A stretch of DNA of 64,000 bases from Rhodospirillaceae bacterium (GCA_002720855.1 PBIN01000014.1:705076-769075), one strand, 5' to 3'. Shown: positions 34,238-43,347, counted from the first letter of the stretch. Numbers and translations are program-made. Notes: generated by a model from the sequence alone, not told the origin.

Positions 34238-35503
34238 ATGAAGGATAAAGAAGCGGCCGAAATACCATGGCAGGTCCAGGCCGCTATCTATTCCGCGGGA
34301 ATGTTCAGTTTTTCGATGGTGCTGATTTCATCGCTGGTACTGACAGTCTTGGCCGACAGTCTTACAGACTCCGAATTCCTCATCGGTTTAATTATTGGCT
34401 CACGGTATTTCTTGACGCTCGCCCTTTCCATACACGGTGGCGCTCTGATGGATCGCCTTGGAACACGTCGCGTGATGGTTGGATTTGCAATTGTCGCAAC
34501 CTTCTCACCATTTTTGTTTCCCGCAGCTCTGATGCTTCCTTTTGGCACCGCCGTGACAGTAATAATTTTGCTACAGATGATCGCCGGTGTTTCAGACGCA
34601 ATGGTCTGGATCGGTGCCCAAGCGTTAAGCAGTCACATTATGCAAGGCCGCCGACGTTATGTCGGTAGATTGACAGCGATTGTCCGTCTGGGGGCATTCT
34701 TTGGCCCTCCTCTGTTTGGATTTATTTGGGATTTCACGGATATTTGGACGACATTTATTGCTATGGGCCTCTGGTCAGGCGCCGGGCTAATTGCTGTTTT
34801 GAAAATTCCTAAAACCTCCCAAGAAAAAGATGTCGCAGATAAAACCCGCATACGATTTACAGAGGTTATTCCGCGTTTTAGCGATTATCTCGCTGCGTTT
34901 AGGTTGATTGCGATACCTGCAGTTGGACTAATTTTAATGGTTACGATGGTTCGTATCGGGGGAACCGGTATTCAGAATTCGTTTTACATCGTATTCCTGA
35001 ATGAGGGTGGCATATCCGCTACAGCGGTCGGCGTTTTAATTGGGTTTGCCCAACTATTGGCCAGTGCCGGTTCACTCGCTTCTGCTACCTTGGCTCGTAT
35101 CATTCACCCCCATTGGCTTGTCGTCGTTGCCGTTTTTCTGACTGTCATCACAATTGCCATTACACCGCTGCTCGTTATCGACGCTTCGACCGTTTTAATA
35201 ATGTTGTTGTTAGCAATGGCAATTGGGGCCCGAGGATTATGTCTCGGCGTAAGTCAACCGATGGAGATATCGGTCTTAAGTCGGTCGGTTGGAAGTACGG
35301 AGCAAGGTGTTGCCGCTGGTTTGAGAACGACTGTCAATCGGTTTGCGAGTGCTGGCATACCACCGGTTATGGGTGCCATCGCTGAGCTTGTTGGTATCAG
35401 GAACAGTTTCTATGTATTGGGCGTTGTTCTGATGATTGTCATACTTTGCGCGGCGCTCTTCGTGTCTCGGCATCCCAAATTAGGAAAACAGGAAGAGGAA
35501 TAA
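34238..35503 (+). CDS. MFS transporter (tandem copy 1)
   Basis: About 12 hydrophobic segments. Motif A GGALMDRLGTRRVM. ATG at 34238; the ORF track starts at TTG 34232. Confidence 0.85.
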   Translation: MKDKEAAEIPWQVQAAIYSAGMFSFSMVLISSLVLTVLADSLTDSEFLIGLIIGSRYFLTLALSIHGGALMDRLGTRRVMVGFAIVATFSPFLFPAALMLPFGTAVTVIILLQMIAGVSDAMVWIGAQALSSHIMQGRRRYVGRLTAIVRLGAFFGPPLFGFIWDFTDIWTTFIAMGLWSGAGLIAVLKIPKTSQEKDVADKTRIRFTEVIPRFSDYLAAFRLIAIPAVGLILMVTMVRIGGTGIQNSFYIVFLNEGGISATAVGVLIGFAQLLASAGSLASATLARIIHPHWLVVVAVFLTVITIAITPLLVIDASTVLIMLLLAMAIGARGLCLGVSQPMEISVLSRSVGSTEQGVAAGLRTTVNRFASAGIPPVMGAIAELVGIRNSFYVLGVVLMIVILCAALFVSRHPKLGKQEEE

Positions 35504-35506
35504 CCT

Positions 35507-36724
35507 TTGGCGTCTCCTGAGACACTCAGTATTCCAGTCAAAACCCAGCTCGCCGTTTATGGCTGCGGCATGTTTGCCAACAGTATGTCGATTCTCGGCG
35601 GAATTATCGTTCCCTTATGGGTAGCGACATTCGAGACTTCGCCAATCCTGATCGGATTGGTATTCGGTGCCAGACATTTTCTGCCACTTATACTATCGAT
35701 CCATGGCGGCGCGCTGATGGACAGGCTAGGCACCCGGCGCGTGATGTTGATCTTTGCTGTCATAAATGCGGTCGTTCCCATTCTTTTTCCTACAATGCCA
35801 CACATTTGGGCAGCGATTTTCTTACAGATGCTAGCAGGTCTTGCGACCTCAATGGGTTGGATGGGTGCACAAACTCTGATCGGTCAGATCATGAAAGGAA
35901 GCGCTGTTCATGCTGGGCGGCTTTCTTTTTCGCTGCGGTTTGGCCATCTCATCGGCCCGCCGGCGATTGGATTTGTCTGGGACCTGGGAGGTCCCTGGGC
36001 AGCTTTTGCCGCGATGAGCGTTTGGGGTTCGTTCGGATTCCTTTCCGCAGTGGCGTTGCCCCGTCCGATGCATTCTTCGAACTATTCTGAGAAGGTAACG
36101 CTTTCCTCGCTGATCCCACGTCTGAGCGACTACGTTGCGGCATTCAGAATGCTGGCTATATCCGCCGTTTTTCTTGTCGCGATGGCGACAATGTTACGCA
36201 ACGCCGGAAATGTCGTTCAAACCGGTTTCTATGTGGTCTATCTCGACGAGATTGTCGGTCTTTCAGGGACATTGATTGGGGTTCTTACTTCGGCAGCAGC
36301 GATTGCTGGAGCGGTAGGGTCTCTTTCAGTCGGCTATCTGGTTCGTGTGTTTTCGGCACACTGGCTAATGTTGGTCACTATAGCGGGGTCGGTCATTCTT
36401 GTGTGTATAACGCCTCTGCTAGGCATATTCTTATTTTTACTAGTCGCTAGCGCAATGCGGGGTGCCACCTTGGGTATTAGCCAACCTTTGATGATTTCCA
36501 TTCTCGCCAAGGCTAGTGACTCAAGTGTCCAGGGAACCAGTGTCGGACTTCGGAATACAGCGAACCGGTTGGCAGGTGTTATCGTGCCGCCTCTAATGGG
36601 GCTCTTGATTGACCTGTTTGGGTTGGCGAACGGGTTTTATGCCATAGGGTTGATTGTCGTATTTATGCTGATAGCGACTGGGTTTTGGCTTAGACAGCAA
36701 TCCGATATTACCAACGTCAATTGA
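35507..36724 (+). CDS. MFS transporter (tandem copy 2)
   Basis: Motif A GGALMDRLGTRRVM. TTG start 3 nt after the upstream stop, preceded by GGAAGAGGAA. The conserved N-terminus SIPVKTQLAVYGCGMF requires this start. Confidence 0.85.
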   Translation: MASPETLSIPVKTQLAVYGCGMFANSMSILGGIIVPLWVATFETSPILIGLVFGARHFLPLILSIHGGALMDRLGTRRVMLIFAVINAVVPILFPTMPHIWAAIFLQMLAGLATSMGWMGAQTLIGQIMKGSAVHAGRLSFSLRFGHLIGPPAIGFVWDLGGPWAAFAAMSVWGSFGFLSAVALPRPMHSSNYSEKVTLSSLIPRLSDYVAAFRMLAISAVFLVAMATMLRNAGNVVQTGFYVVYLDEIVGLSGTLIGVLTSAAAIAGAVGSLSVGYLVRVFSAHWLMLVTIAGSVILVCITPLLGIFLFLLVASAMRGATLGISQPLMISILAKASDSSVQGTSVGLRNTANRLAGVIVPPLMGLLIDLFGLANGFYAIGLIVVFMLIATGFWLRQQSDITNVN

Positions 36725-36735
36725 CGGTATAGCCG

Positions 36736-37974
36736 ATGGTAAAGTTGGTTGACCAAATTCCTCGGCGAACTCAGATCGGTGTTTATGGATCTGCTGCTTT
36801 TAGCAACACAATGCCAAATGTTGGCTGGGTGGTTATTCCGATCTGGCTTGCGACACAGGGTGTTCCTGACTGGCTTCTCGGAATTGTAATAGGTTGCCGC
36901 CATATCGGACCGATGTTGTTTGCCATTCATGGCGGTGCGATCATTGATCGCCTTGGTGCACGCCGCGTGATGATTCTTTTGGCAACCATAGGCGCGGTTA
37001 CTCCACTTATTTATCCGGTAACGCCTTTTATTTGGGCGATCATAATTCTGCAGCTCATTACGGGATTGGTGGATGCACTCGGTTGGGTAGGGGCTCAAAC
37101 ACTTGTCAGTCGGGTCATGAAAGGCGATGCGACTTATACAGGCAGAATGTCGTTTTGCACGCGCCTCGGACTACTGATCGGGCCCTTATTAAGCGGAATA
37201 GCTTGGGATCATCTCGGCCCCTGGGGCGGTTTTGGTTTAATAGGGTTGTGGTCCGCCGGAATTTTAATTTCTGTATCTCTCCTGCCAGCAGACATCGACC
37301 AAGGATATCAAGACAAGATCGCCAAACGCATTGCAGGCAGGTCCATGAAAGTACTCATTCCACGTGTCGCTGACTACATTGTTGCGTTTAAACTTTTCGC
37401 CGTATCAACGATCGCCTTCATTATGACTATGTCGCTCTTACGTCATTTGGGCGGTGGAATTCAGGCCTCGTTTTATAGCGTTCATCTAAAAGATATCGGT
37501 ATTTCAGCTACGACTATCGGCATATTGATTTCGGTCAATGGGGCCGTTGGATTGATAGGTTCACTGTCGGCGGCACCGATGCAACGATTTATGCGCGATC
37601 ATTGGCTATTGGTATGGCTGGTGATCGGTTCAATTGCATTCGTTGCTATTACGCCACTCCTCAACGACAACATAACTTGGTTGGTTGTGGCTTCAGGAGC
37701 ACGGGGTTGGGCCCTTGCCGCCAGCCTTGTTTTTCTCATCACTATGATCGCATTTTTTGCAGAACCGGAAATGCAGGGTAAAGCGATGGGCCTGCGTGTA
37801 ACTTTAAACCAGATGACCTGGTTTGCCGTTCCCGTCATTATGGGATTTATTTCGGAAATTTTCGGTCGGGAGCTGAGCTTTTATATTATTGGCGGTGCTT
37901 CCATTTCTCTGGTGCTGATGCTGGGATTGTGCGCACGTCTAACGAAAGTGTTTTCTGACGATACTCGCAAATAA
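36736..37974 (+). CDS. MFS transporter (tandem copy 3)
   Basis: Motif A GGAIIDRLGARRVM. Collinear with the two upstream copies. Confidence 0.85.
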   Translation: MVKLVDQIPRRTQIGVYGSAAFSNTMPNVGWVVIPIWLATQGVPDWLLGIVIGCRHIGPMLFAIHGGAIIDRLGARRVMILLATIGAVTPLIYPVTPFIWAIIILQLITGLVDALGWVGAQTLVSRVMKGDATYTGRMSFCTRLGLLIGPLLSGIAWDHLGPWGGFGLIGLWSAGILISVSLLPADIDQGYQDKIAKRIAGRSMKVLIPRVADYIVAFKLFAVSTIAFIMTMSLLRHLGGGIQASFYSVHLKDIGISATTIGILISVNGAVGLIGSLSAAPMQRFMRDHWLLVWLVIGSIAFVAITPLLNDNITWLVVASGARGWALAASLVFLITMIAFFAEPEMQGKAMGLRVTLNQMTWFAVPVIMGFISEIFGRELSFYIIGGASISLVLMLGLCARLTKVFSDDTRK

Positions 37975-38088
37975 AAAACCCTGATCGGATAGCGAATAAA
38001 CGCCCCCAGTACGTGGCTTCGTTTACCAATTCTTTATTTTAAAGCGCGAATAGGTAGGACGGCGGAAGCGTTTCGCAATGAGATTGAG

Positions 38089-38373
38089 ATGACTTCGAGA
38101 GCACAGAAAGCGGCAATCAGGCAGAATTCGCAAGAAAGGCGGCATCAAAGCGCTTTTCGGAACGAATTCTACGCAGGGAACACCGCGAAAAATAAGAAGC
38201 ATATCGGGAATAGCGCTGCAAACGGACGAGCCCGCTCACGTCGAGGCAAGTTACCGGCATGGGCCTATGTGGCGACCGGCGGAATAGTGCTGTGTATTGT
38301 CGTCGTCATCGGAAGTTCTGCCATGATCTTTCTGCATAAACTCGCGGCCATGTTTGGAATTTATCTCGGCTGA
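38089..38373 (+). CDS. small basic single-TM protein, hypothetical
   Basis: ORF only. Arg/Lys-rich N-terminal half, then GGIVLCIVVVIGSSAMIFL. Confidence 0.3.
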   Translation: MTSRAQKAAIRQNSQERRHQSAFRNEFYAGNTAKNKKHIGNSAANGRARSRRGKLPAWAYVATGGIVLCIVVVIGSSAMIFLHKLAAMFGIYLG

Positions 38374-38381
38374 TGTTGCCG

Positions 38382-39332
38382 TCAGGCGACATCTTTATGT
38401 GAAAGCGCCTCAGAAATCGCTTCAGAGATTTGATCCGTCGCTTCTCCATTCTGATCTTCATCTTTTAACGCCAAATGAACCGACATTGCCAATTCCGGCA
38501 GCAATTGGAGATCCTTTTCTTCCGGAGCATCGAATGCTTTTTCAAGGTTCTGTGCAACTGCAATGATTGCTTTAAACAATTTGGTGATCGGCTCGTACTT
38601 TGTAGTTTGAACGCGACGAATAGAGTCCTCGACAATATCGATGAGATCATGCAAGTGCCCCATTTGCGGAGCATCTGCCGTCTCTTTTTCATACGCAGCG
38701 AGTATTTGTTTGGTCAGAAAACCGATTTGAATTCCGTTTCGGATAATTTTATTCAGGTTTACTTTTGCGGTCGCTGCATCGACCATGCGTTGGAGCGATG
38801 CGGTATTTTCTTCGCCCATAACTTTTGAATGAAGAATGTTTGGTACAGTAACCGGCTGAACAGCTTGTTTTCCTATGCGCGGAGTGCTCCGGCGGTCCGG
38901 TCCAATATAGCTCGATGTAACGACGAATGGTTTTCGATTGTAGACCAATGTCTCGATTCTTTTGGCTAACTGGCCCCTGGAAGCTGGTTGGATTAAGAGA
39001 TCATCGGCGCCGGCATCGAGAACTTGATGCACGAGAGACTCTGAAGGTTGCCAGGTCGTTACGATGATAGACATAAACGGATTGGTACCCATTTGATGAT
39101 GCCGAATATCGCGAACTGTTTGCCTTACATCTCCATCAGGTAATTCAAACTCCGTTATCATGAGGTCGGGCGGGCGTGTCTCTATTGCCATAATGATTTC
39201 TTCATTACTCGAAGCGGTCCGAATCTCGCGAAAATCCAAATCTGCAAGAGTTTGTTTAAGACTGGCGGTATTCTGCGTGCGGGGAGAGACAAGCAGTAGA
39301 TCTACGCGGTCGTAGAACGTTCGAGTATTCAT
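38382..39332 (-). CDS. atypical response-regulator receiver (pseudo-receiver) with an uncharacterised C-terminal domain of about 190 aa
   Basis: REC-like fold (LLLVSPR..., PDLMITEFELPDGD, IIVTTW, DDLLIQP), but the CheY D12/D13, D57 and K109 equivalents are S/P, E and Q. Confidence 0.75.
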   Translation of the reverse strand: MNTRTFYDRVDLLLVSPRTQNTASLKQTLADLDFREIRTASSNEEIIMAIETRPPDLMITEFELPDGDVRQTVRDIRHHQMGTNPFMSIIVTTWQPSESLVHQVLDAGADDLLIQPASRGQLAKRIETLVYNRKPFVVTSSYIGPDRRSTPRIGKQAVQPVTVPNILHSKVMGEENTASLQRMVDAATAKVNLNKIIRNGIQIGFLTKQILAAYEKETADAPQMGHLHDLIDIVEDSIRRVQTTKYEPITKLFKAIIAVAQNLEKAFDAPEEKDLQLLPELAMSVHLALKDEDQNGEATDQISEAISEALSHKDVA

Positions 39333-39565
39333 AATTTCAACCTCCGCCCATGATTTTTGCGGCCCGAATAATCACACTTTGGGAACCATGATTATTGTCT
39401 ATGTGCCTTAACAAATTACTAGGACAAGTGCTTTTTTATTTTATAAGTAGTTGATCAAGAACGTTAAAATCATTCTTCGCCGTTTTCCTATCTGCCTATT
39501 GCACTGCAGGAAACTTGCTAGCCATTCTGTTTGACGGAATATGTTGGCCGAAATACAATTTAATT

Positions 39566-40012
39566 ATGGCGAAGAGCAATAAACCTTTACATCCAGGGCG
39601 GATTCTATTGGAACGCGCAATGGAACCTCTGGGGATTAGCCGAAATCAATTGGCGAGAGACATTGATGTGCCGGTTGGTAGAATTAGCGATATTACCAAC
39701 GGTAAACGTGGCATCACCGCAGACACAGCATTGAGGTTCGGTCGGTATTTTGATACGGGGCCGGAACTTTGGCTTCGTCTTCAAGCTGAATATGATTTGC
39801 ATGTCGCTCGTAAAACAACGTGGTCGGAAATTGAGAAACGCGTCCGCGTTTTAAAATCGAATAAGGGGCAAACGGGTCCAACTGACCAATCAATTGATAA
39901 ATTTGACGAGGCACTTGCCTCGGATAAATCAGTAGATGAAGCATCGGACGCTGACGATGAATCCCCCGATTCAGAGAGCATTGGTATCCCGCCTGTGCCT
40001 GAATCGAAGTAA
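39566..40012 (+). CDS. HigA-family antitoxin-like HTH protein with an acidic C-terminal extension
   Basis: LHPGRILLERAMEPLGISRNQLARDIDVPVGRISDITNGKRGITADTALRFGRYFDTGPELWLRLQAEYDL is the classic HigA/VapI pattern. ATG at 39566; the ORF track starts at 39515. Confidence 0.8.
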   Translation: MAKSNKPLHPGRILLERAMEPLGISRNQLARDIDVPVGRISDITNGKRGITADTALRFGRYFDTGPELWLRLQAEYDLHVARKTTWSEIEKRVRVLKSNKGQTGPTDQSIDKFDEALASDKSVDEASDADDESPDSESIGIPPVPESK

Positions 40013-40037
40013 ACTGTTCTGTTCCGGCTGTCGGGTT

Positions 40038-40802
40038 CTACCGGAACACATGAACCTCTTTAAATAACACCCCTTTGACAGAAGTATGCCCTGCCTCTTT
40101 TACCGCTTTTTGCAATTGTCGTTTGATAGCTGCGGTATCAAGGTGGGTACTGTTGCCCTCTGCATGCATTCTGCTCAAATCCGCGGTGACCTTGGTTACG
40201 ATGTCTGACAGCTTTTCATCCATCAGCTGGGTCTGTTCATTGTTTTGTACTTCGAGACCGACGCGTATTTGAATGGTGCGATCACCGGATGACGTTCGGT
40301 AGTTTGTCGTAACAGCGGGCAGTTCATAAATAACACCCAAATTTTTGGAATCCAGCTTTGCGTTCATCGAACTCATTGCGCCGGTAATTTGGTCTCCAAA
40401 CAAAAAGGCGATGATTGCGTTTCCTGCGAGGATTGCCGCGACAGCCGTGGCGAGAATTAGACTGCGACGACTATTAGGTTCTTCATCGTAATATTCATAT
40501 TCATAATCCTTGGGGCGTCTTCTTTTTGGCGTTTCCAGACGTTCCGCGCTTCGTTTGGCAGCCTTGTTTGAAAGAGCGACCTTGTCGTCTTGCTTGTAGT
40601 AGCTAAAGATCGTCTTTTCACGAAATATCCCATCATCTTCGACGTAGACTTCTTCTATAACCCGAACGCCGTCATACACGCGGTTTCCTGCGAGCTGATT
40701 GGCAATTGTGATTGCTGCCTCACGCTCGGCGCAACGGGTTTCCGTTGTCCAGTTTCCCTTCTCGAGAATGCGTACCTCGTAGTTGTTTACACCCATAGAC
40801 AT
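40038..40802 (-). CDS. FliL-domain membrane protein with a unique 110-aa cytoplasmic N-domain
   Basis: One TM (LILATAVAAILAGNAIIAFLF), followed by IYELPAVTTNY...IQIRVGLEV...KLSDIVTKV...GVLFKEVHVF, which resembles the FliL periplasmic domain. Confidence 0.6.
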   Translation of the reverse strand: MSMGVNNYEVRILEKGNWTTETRCAEREAAITIANQLAGNRVYDGVRVIEEVYVEDDGIFREKTIFSYYKQDDKVALSNKAAKRSAERLETPKRRRPKDYEYEYYDEEPNSRRSLILATAVAAILAGNAIIAFLFGDQITGAMSSMNAKLDSKNLGVIYELPAVTTNYRTSSGDRTIQIRVGLEVQNNEQTQLMDEKLSDIVTKVTADLSRMHAEGNSTHLDTAAIKRQLQKAVKEAGHTSVKGVLFKEVHVFR

Positions 40803-40830
40803 GGTCTTTTCCTCAATTCCATACGGGTGT

Positions 40831-40955
40831 AAAAATATTTTTATTACTTAATGAATGCAAGTATTATCAAATAAAAAAAAATGAAGAATTAAATAAAAAC
40901 ATGTATAAAAATAATAATTAACTTATCTAAAATTTTAAACAATTTAGAATGTTTT
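40831..40955. other. extremely AT-rich intergenic tract
   Basis: By hand count, the 60 nt at 40861..40920 contain only 6 G/C. Typical coding lines in the window contain 30-38. Confidence 0.8.
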
Positions 40956-41042
40956 GTCGCGCTTATTTCCTAATGTTGCGTATCCATAAGTCACGCGTTA
41001 CGACATTTAGTTCATAAAGCAGAAATCGTTTGGAAATTGCGA

Positions 41043-42167
41043 ATGGTTGATTCGGTTGATGCCATAGTAATCGGGGCAGGAGTGGTTGGACTCGCTGTCG
41101 CACGTCGTTTGGCTATGGCTGGTCGCGAGGTGATTATACTCGAAGCCGCAGAGGCAATAGGCACTGAGACCAGCTCTCGCAATAGCGAAGTAATTCACGC
41201 CGGCATTTATTATCCGAAGGATAGTTGGAAAGCACGGTTTTGTGTTGCAGGGAAAATTGCACTTTATAAATATTGTGAGTCACATGGCGTTGAGCATCGG
41301 AATTGCGGAAAATTTATTGTCGCAACAAATGAAGACCAGATTTCCGAACTTGAAAGATTGAAACAGGCCGCAGCGGCGAACGGGGTTCCTGACCTCGAGT
41401 GGCGAACATCGGCGGATGTAAAAGTAGAAGAACCGGCAGTGTTTTGCGTAAAGGCGCTTTGGTCTCCATCGACCGGAATTATCGATAGCCATGGGTTGAT
41501 GCTTTCCTATCAGGGTGATGCCGAGGCGGCAGGCGCGGTGATAGCGTTTCATGCGCCTGTTGTTGGCGGAAAGACAGAGGATGACGGCATTATTTTATCT
41601 GTCGGCGGTGAAGCGCCGGCAGAATTAAAGGCACAAATTGTCGTGAATTCCGCGGGGCTGCATGCACAAAACACAGCTTCCCGAATTGACGGAATCCCAA
41701 AGGAGACAATTCCTCCTTGCTACTATGCCAAGGGCAATTACTACTCTTTGGTCGGAAAACCACCGTTTAGTCGTCCGATTTATCCAGTACCTGAAAAAGC
41801 CGGTTTGGGCGTACATGTAACCGTCGACCTTGGAGGGCAGGTTCGATTTGGACCCGATGTCGAATGGATTGATGAGCTTAACTATGATGTGGATCCAGCA
41901 CGGGCGGAGGCGTTTTATTCTGCCGTTAGAACGTATTATCCAGATTTGCCTGATGGCGCGATTCAGCCCGGATATTCTGGCATTCGGCCCAAGCTTCAGG
42001 CGCCTGGCGAAGCCGCCCGAGACTTCTACGTTCAGGGGCAAACGGAGCATGGCGTTCGCGGATTGGTCAATCTTTATGGAATTGAATCGCCTGGGCTTAC
42101 AGCTTCATTGGCGATCGCAGACCATGTCGCAATGCTGTTAGGGATAAACGTACCGCCCGAATTTTAA
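41043..42167 (+). CDS. FAD-dependent oxidoreductase (L-2-hydroxyglutarate oxidase/dehydrogenase-like)
   Basis: DAIVIGAGVVGLAVARRL dinucleotide fold, SSRNSEVIHAGIYY and LYGIESPGLT. Confidence 0.85.
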   Translation: MVDSVDAIVIGAGVVGLAVARRLAMAGREVIILEAAEAIGTETSSRNSEVIHAGIYYPKDSWKARFCVAGKIALYKYCESHGVEHRNCGKFIVATNEDQISELERLKQAAAANGVPDLEWRTSADVKVEEPAVFCVKALWSPSTGIIDSHGLMLSYQGDAEAAGAVIAFHAPVVGGKTEDDGIILSVGGEAPAELKAQIVVNSAGLHAQNTASRIDGIPKETIPPCYYAKGNYYSLVGKPPFSRPIYPVPEKAGLGVHVTVDLGGQVRFGPDVEWIDELNYDVDPARAEAFYSAVRTYYPDLPDGAIQPGYSGIRPKLQAPGEAARDFYVQGQTEHGVRGLVNLYGIESPGLTASLAIADHVAMLLGINVPPEF

Positions 42168-42391
42168 ACGAAAAATTTACCGGCGTAGTTATCAAGGGGT
42201 CTTGACAAAATTTTGGTGAGTGTACAAATCCTACGCTGCCTTTTTTAAGGGGGTGGTTTGGCGAGTAGGTTTTCGACGGAAATTTGTTTGGTGTCGCTGA
42301 TAATTGATCGTTGAAACCACAAGATCACTCAGTTAGAGGCTGAGAAAACAACCACCGTTCATGCGGTGAAGAATGGGAGGAGATGCAGGCA

Positions 42392-43336
42392 ATGGATCGC
42401 ATGCTCCAGATAGAGGGGCTGACGAAGCAGTTCGGTTCGTTTACTGCCGTCGACAATATTAGCTTTGAAGTTGATCGGGGTGAAGTGCTCGGTTTTCTCG
42501 GGCCGAATGGCGCAGGTAAAACGACTGCTATGCGGATGGTGACAGGGTTCCTGACGCCCACCGCTGGAACGGCATATGTCGGTGGCCACGATGTGACTTT
42601 AGAACCGCAAGAGGTAAAACGCCGTATTGGGTACCTGCCTGAAGGGGCACCTTTATATGAAGATATGACGCCCAGCGAGCTGCTTGGTTTTGTTTCAGAC
42701 GTTCGCGGTATTTCTGGTGGCGCCAAACGTGATGCCATCGCGTCAGCTGCAAGTCGGATCAATATTGAACACGTCATGCATCAGGCGATTGGAACTCTCT
42801 CCAAGGGTTATAAACGCCGCGTCGGGATTGCTCAGGCGATATTGCACGATCCGGAAATTTTGATACTTGACGAACCCACCGATGGGCTTGATCCAAATCA
42901 GAAACATGAGGTTCGTAAACTCATCAATGAAATGGCGAAAGACAAGGTAATCGTCATTTCTACACATTTGCTCGATGAGGTGGATACAGTTTGTAGCAGG
43001 GCGATTGTCATTGCCCATGGTAAGATCGTCGCCGATGGCACGCCGGTGGACTTAGAAGCCCAGTCTGAACTTCATAATGCTGTGACCTTCCGTCTGGCTG
43101 AAGCAGAATCCGAAAAAAGCAAATCAGCAGTAGAAGCCATTGAAAGTGTTGACCGCGTCGTCGAAGGCGAATCCGCAGACGGTTTGGTGACCTATACAGC
43201 CTATCCGAAAGACAGCCAAATCGTCATCGATGATGTAAGCGCGGCCCTAAAAGATGCTGGTGTCAGCGTCCAGGAAATTCAGGCTGAACGCGGGCGCCTC
43301 GATGAGGTGTTTCGGCGTATCACGACAGCGGCCTAG
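42392..43336 (+). CDS. ABC transporter ATP-binding protein (GldA-like, ABC-2 type)
   Basis: Walker A GPNGAGKTT, signature LSKGYKRR and Walker B ILILDEP. ATG at 42392 lies 9 nt after GGGAGGAG; the ORF track starts at 42383. Confidence 0.9.
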   Translation: MDRMLQIEGLTKQFGSFTAVDNISFEVDRGEVLGFLGPNGAGKTTAMRMVTGFLTPTAGTAYVGGHDVTLEPQEVKRRIGYLPEGAPLYEDMTPSELLGFVSDVRGISGGAKRDAIASAASRINIEHVMHQAIGTLSKGYKRRVGIAQAILHDPEILILDEPTDGLDPNQKHEVRKLINEMAKDKVIVISTHLLDEVDTVCSRAIVIAHGKIVADGTPVDLEAQSELHNAVTFRLAEAESEKSKSAVEAIESVDRVVEGESADGLVTYTAYPKDSQIVIDDVSAALKDAGVSVQEIQAERGRLDEVFRRITTAA

Positions 43337-43347
43337 CGGAGATAGTT

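Noticed and set aside
39333-39565. A HigB toxin gene upstream of the HigA-like gene
   Set aside because: There is no ORF of suitable length in any frame by eye. I cannot exclude a heavily decayed remnant without a TBLASTN search.
40016-40047. Hairpin GTTCCGG-N13-CCGGAAC and several GTTC tetramers between the HigA-like and FliL-like genes, considered as a terminator or second LexA box
   Set aside because: The stem is only 7 bp with a 13-nt loop and no T-tract. The GTTC copies are spaced 1 and 10 nt apart, not the N7 needed for a LexA box.
40831-41036. Replication origin or DnaA-box cluster in the AT-rich tract
   Set aside because: Only weak partial DnaA-box matches are present (GTATCCATA, TTATCTAAA). 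There is no cluster of boxes and no dnaA/dnaN/hemE/parAB context.
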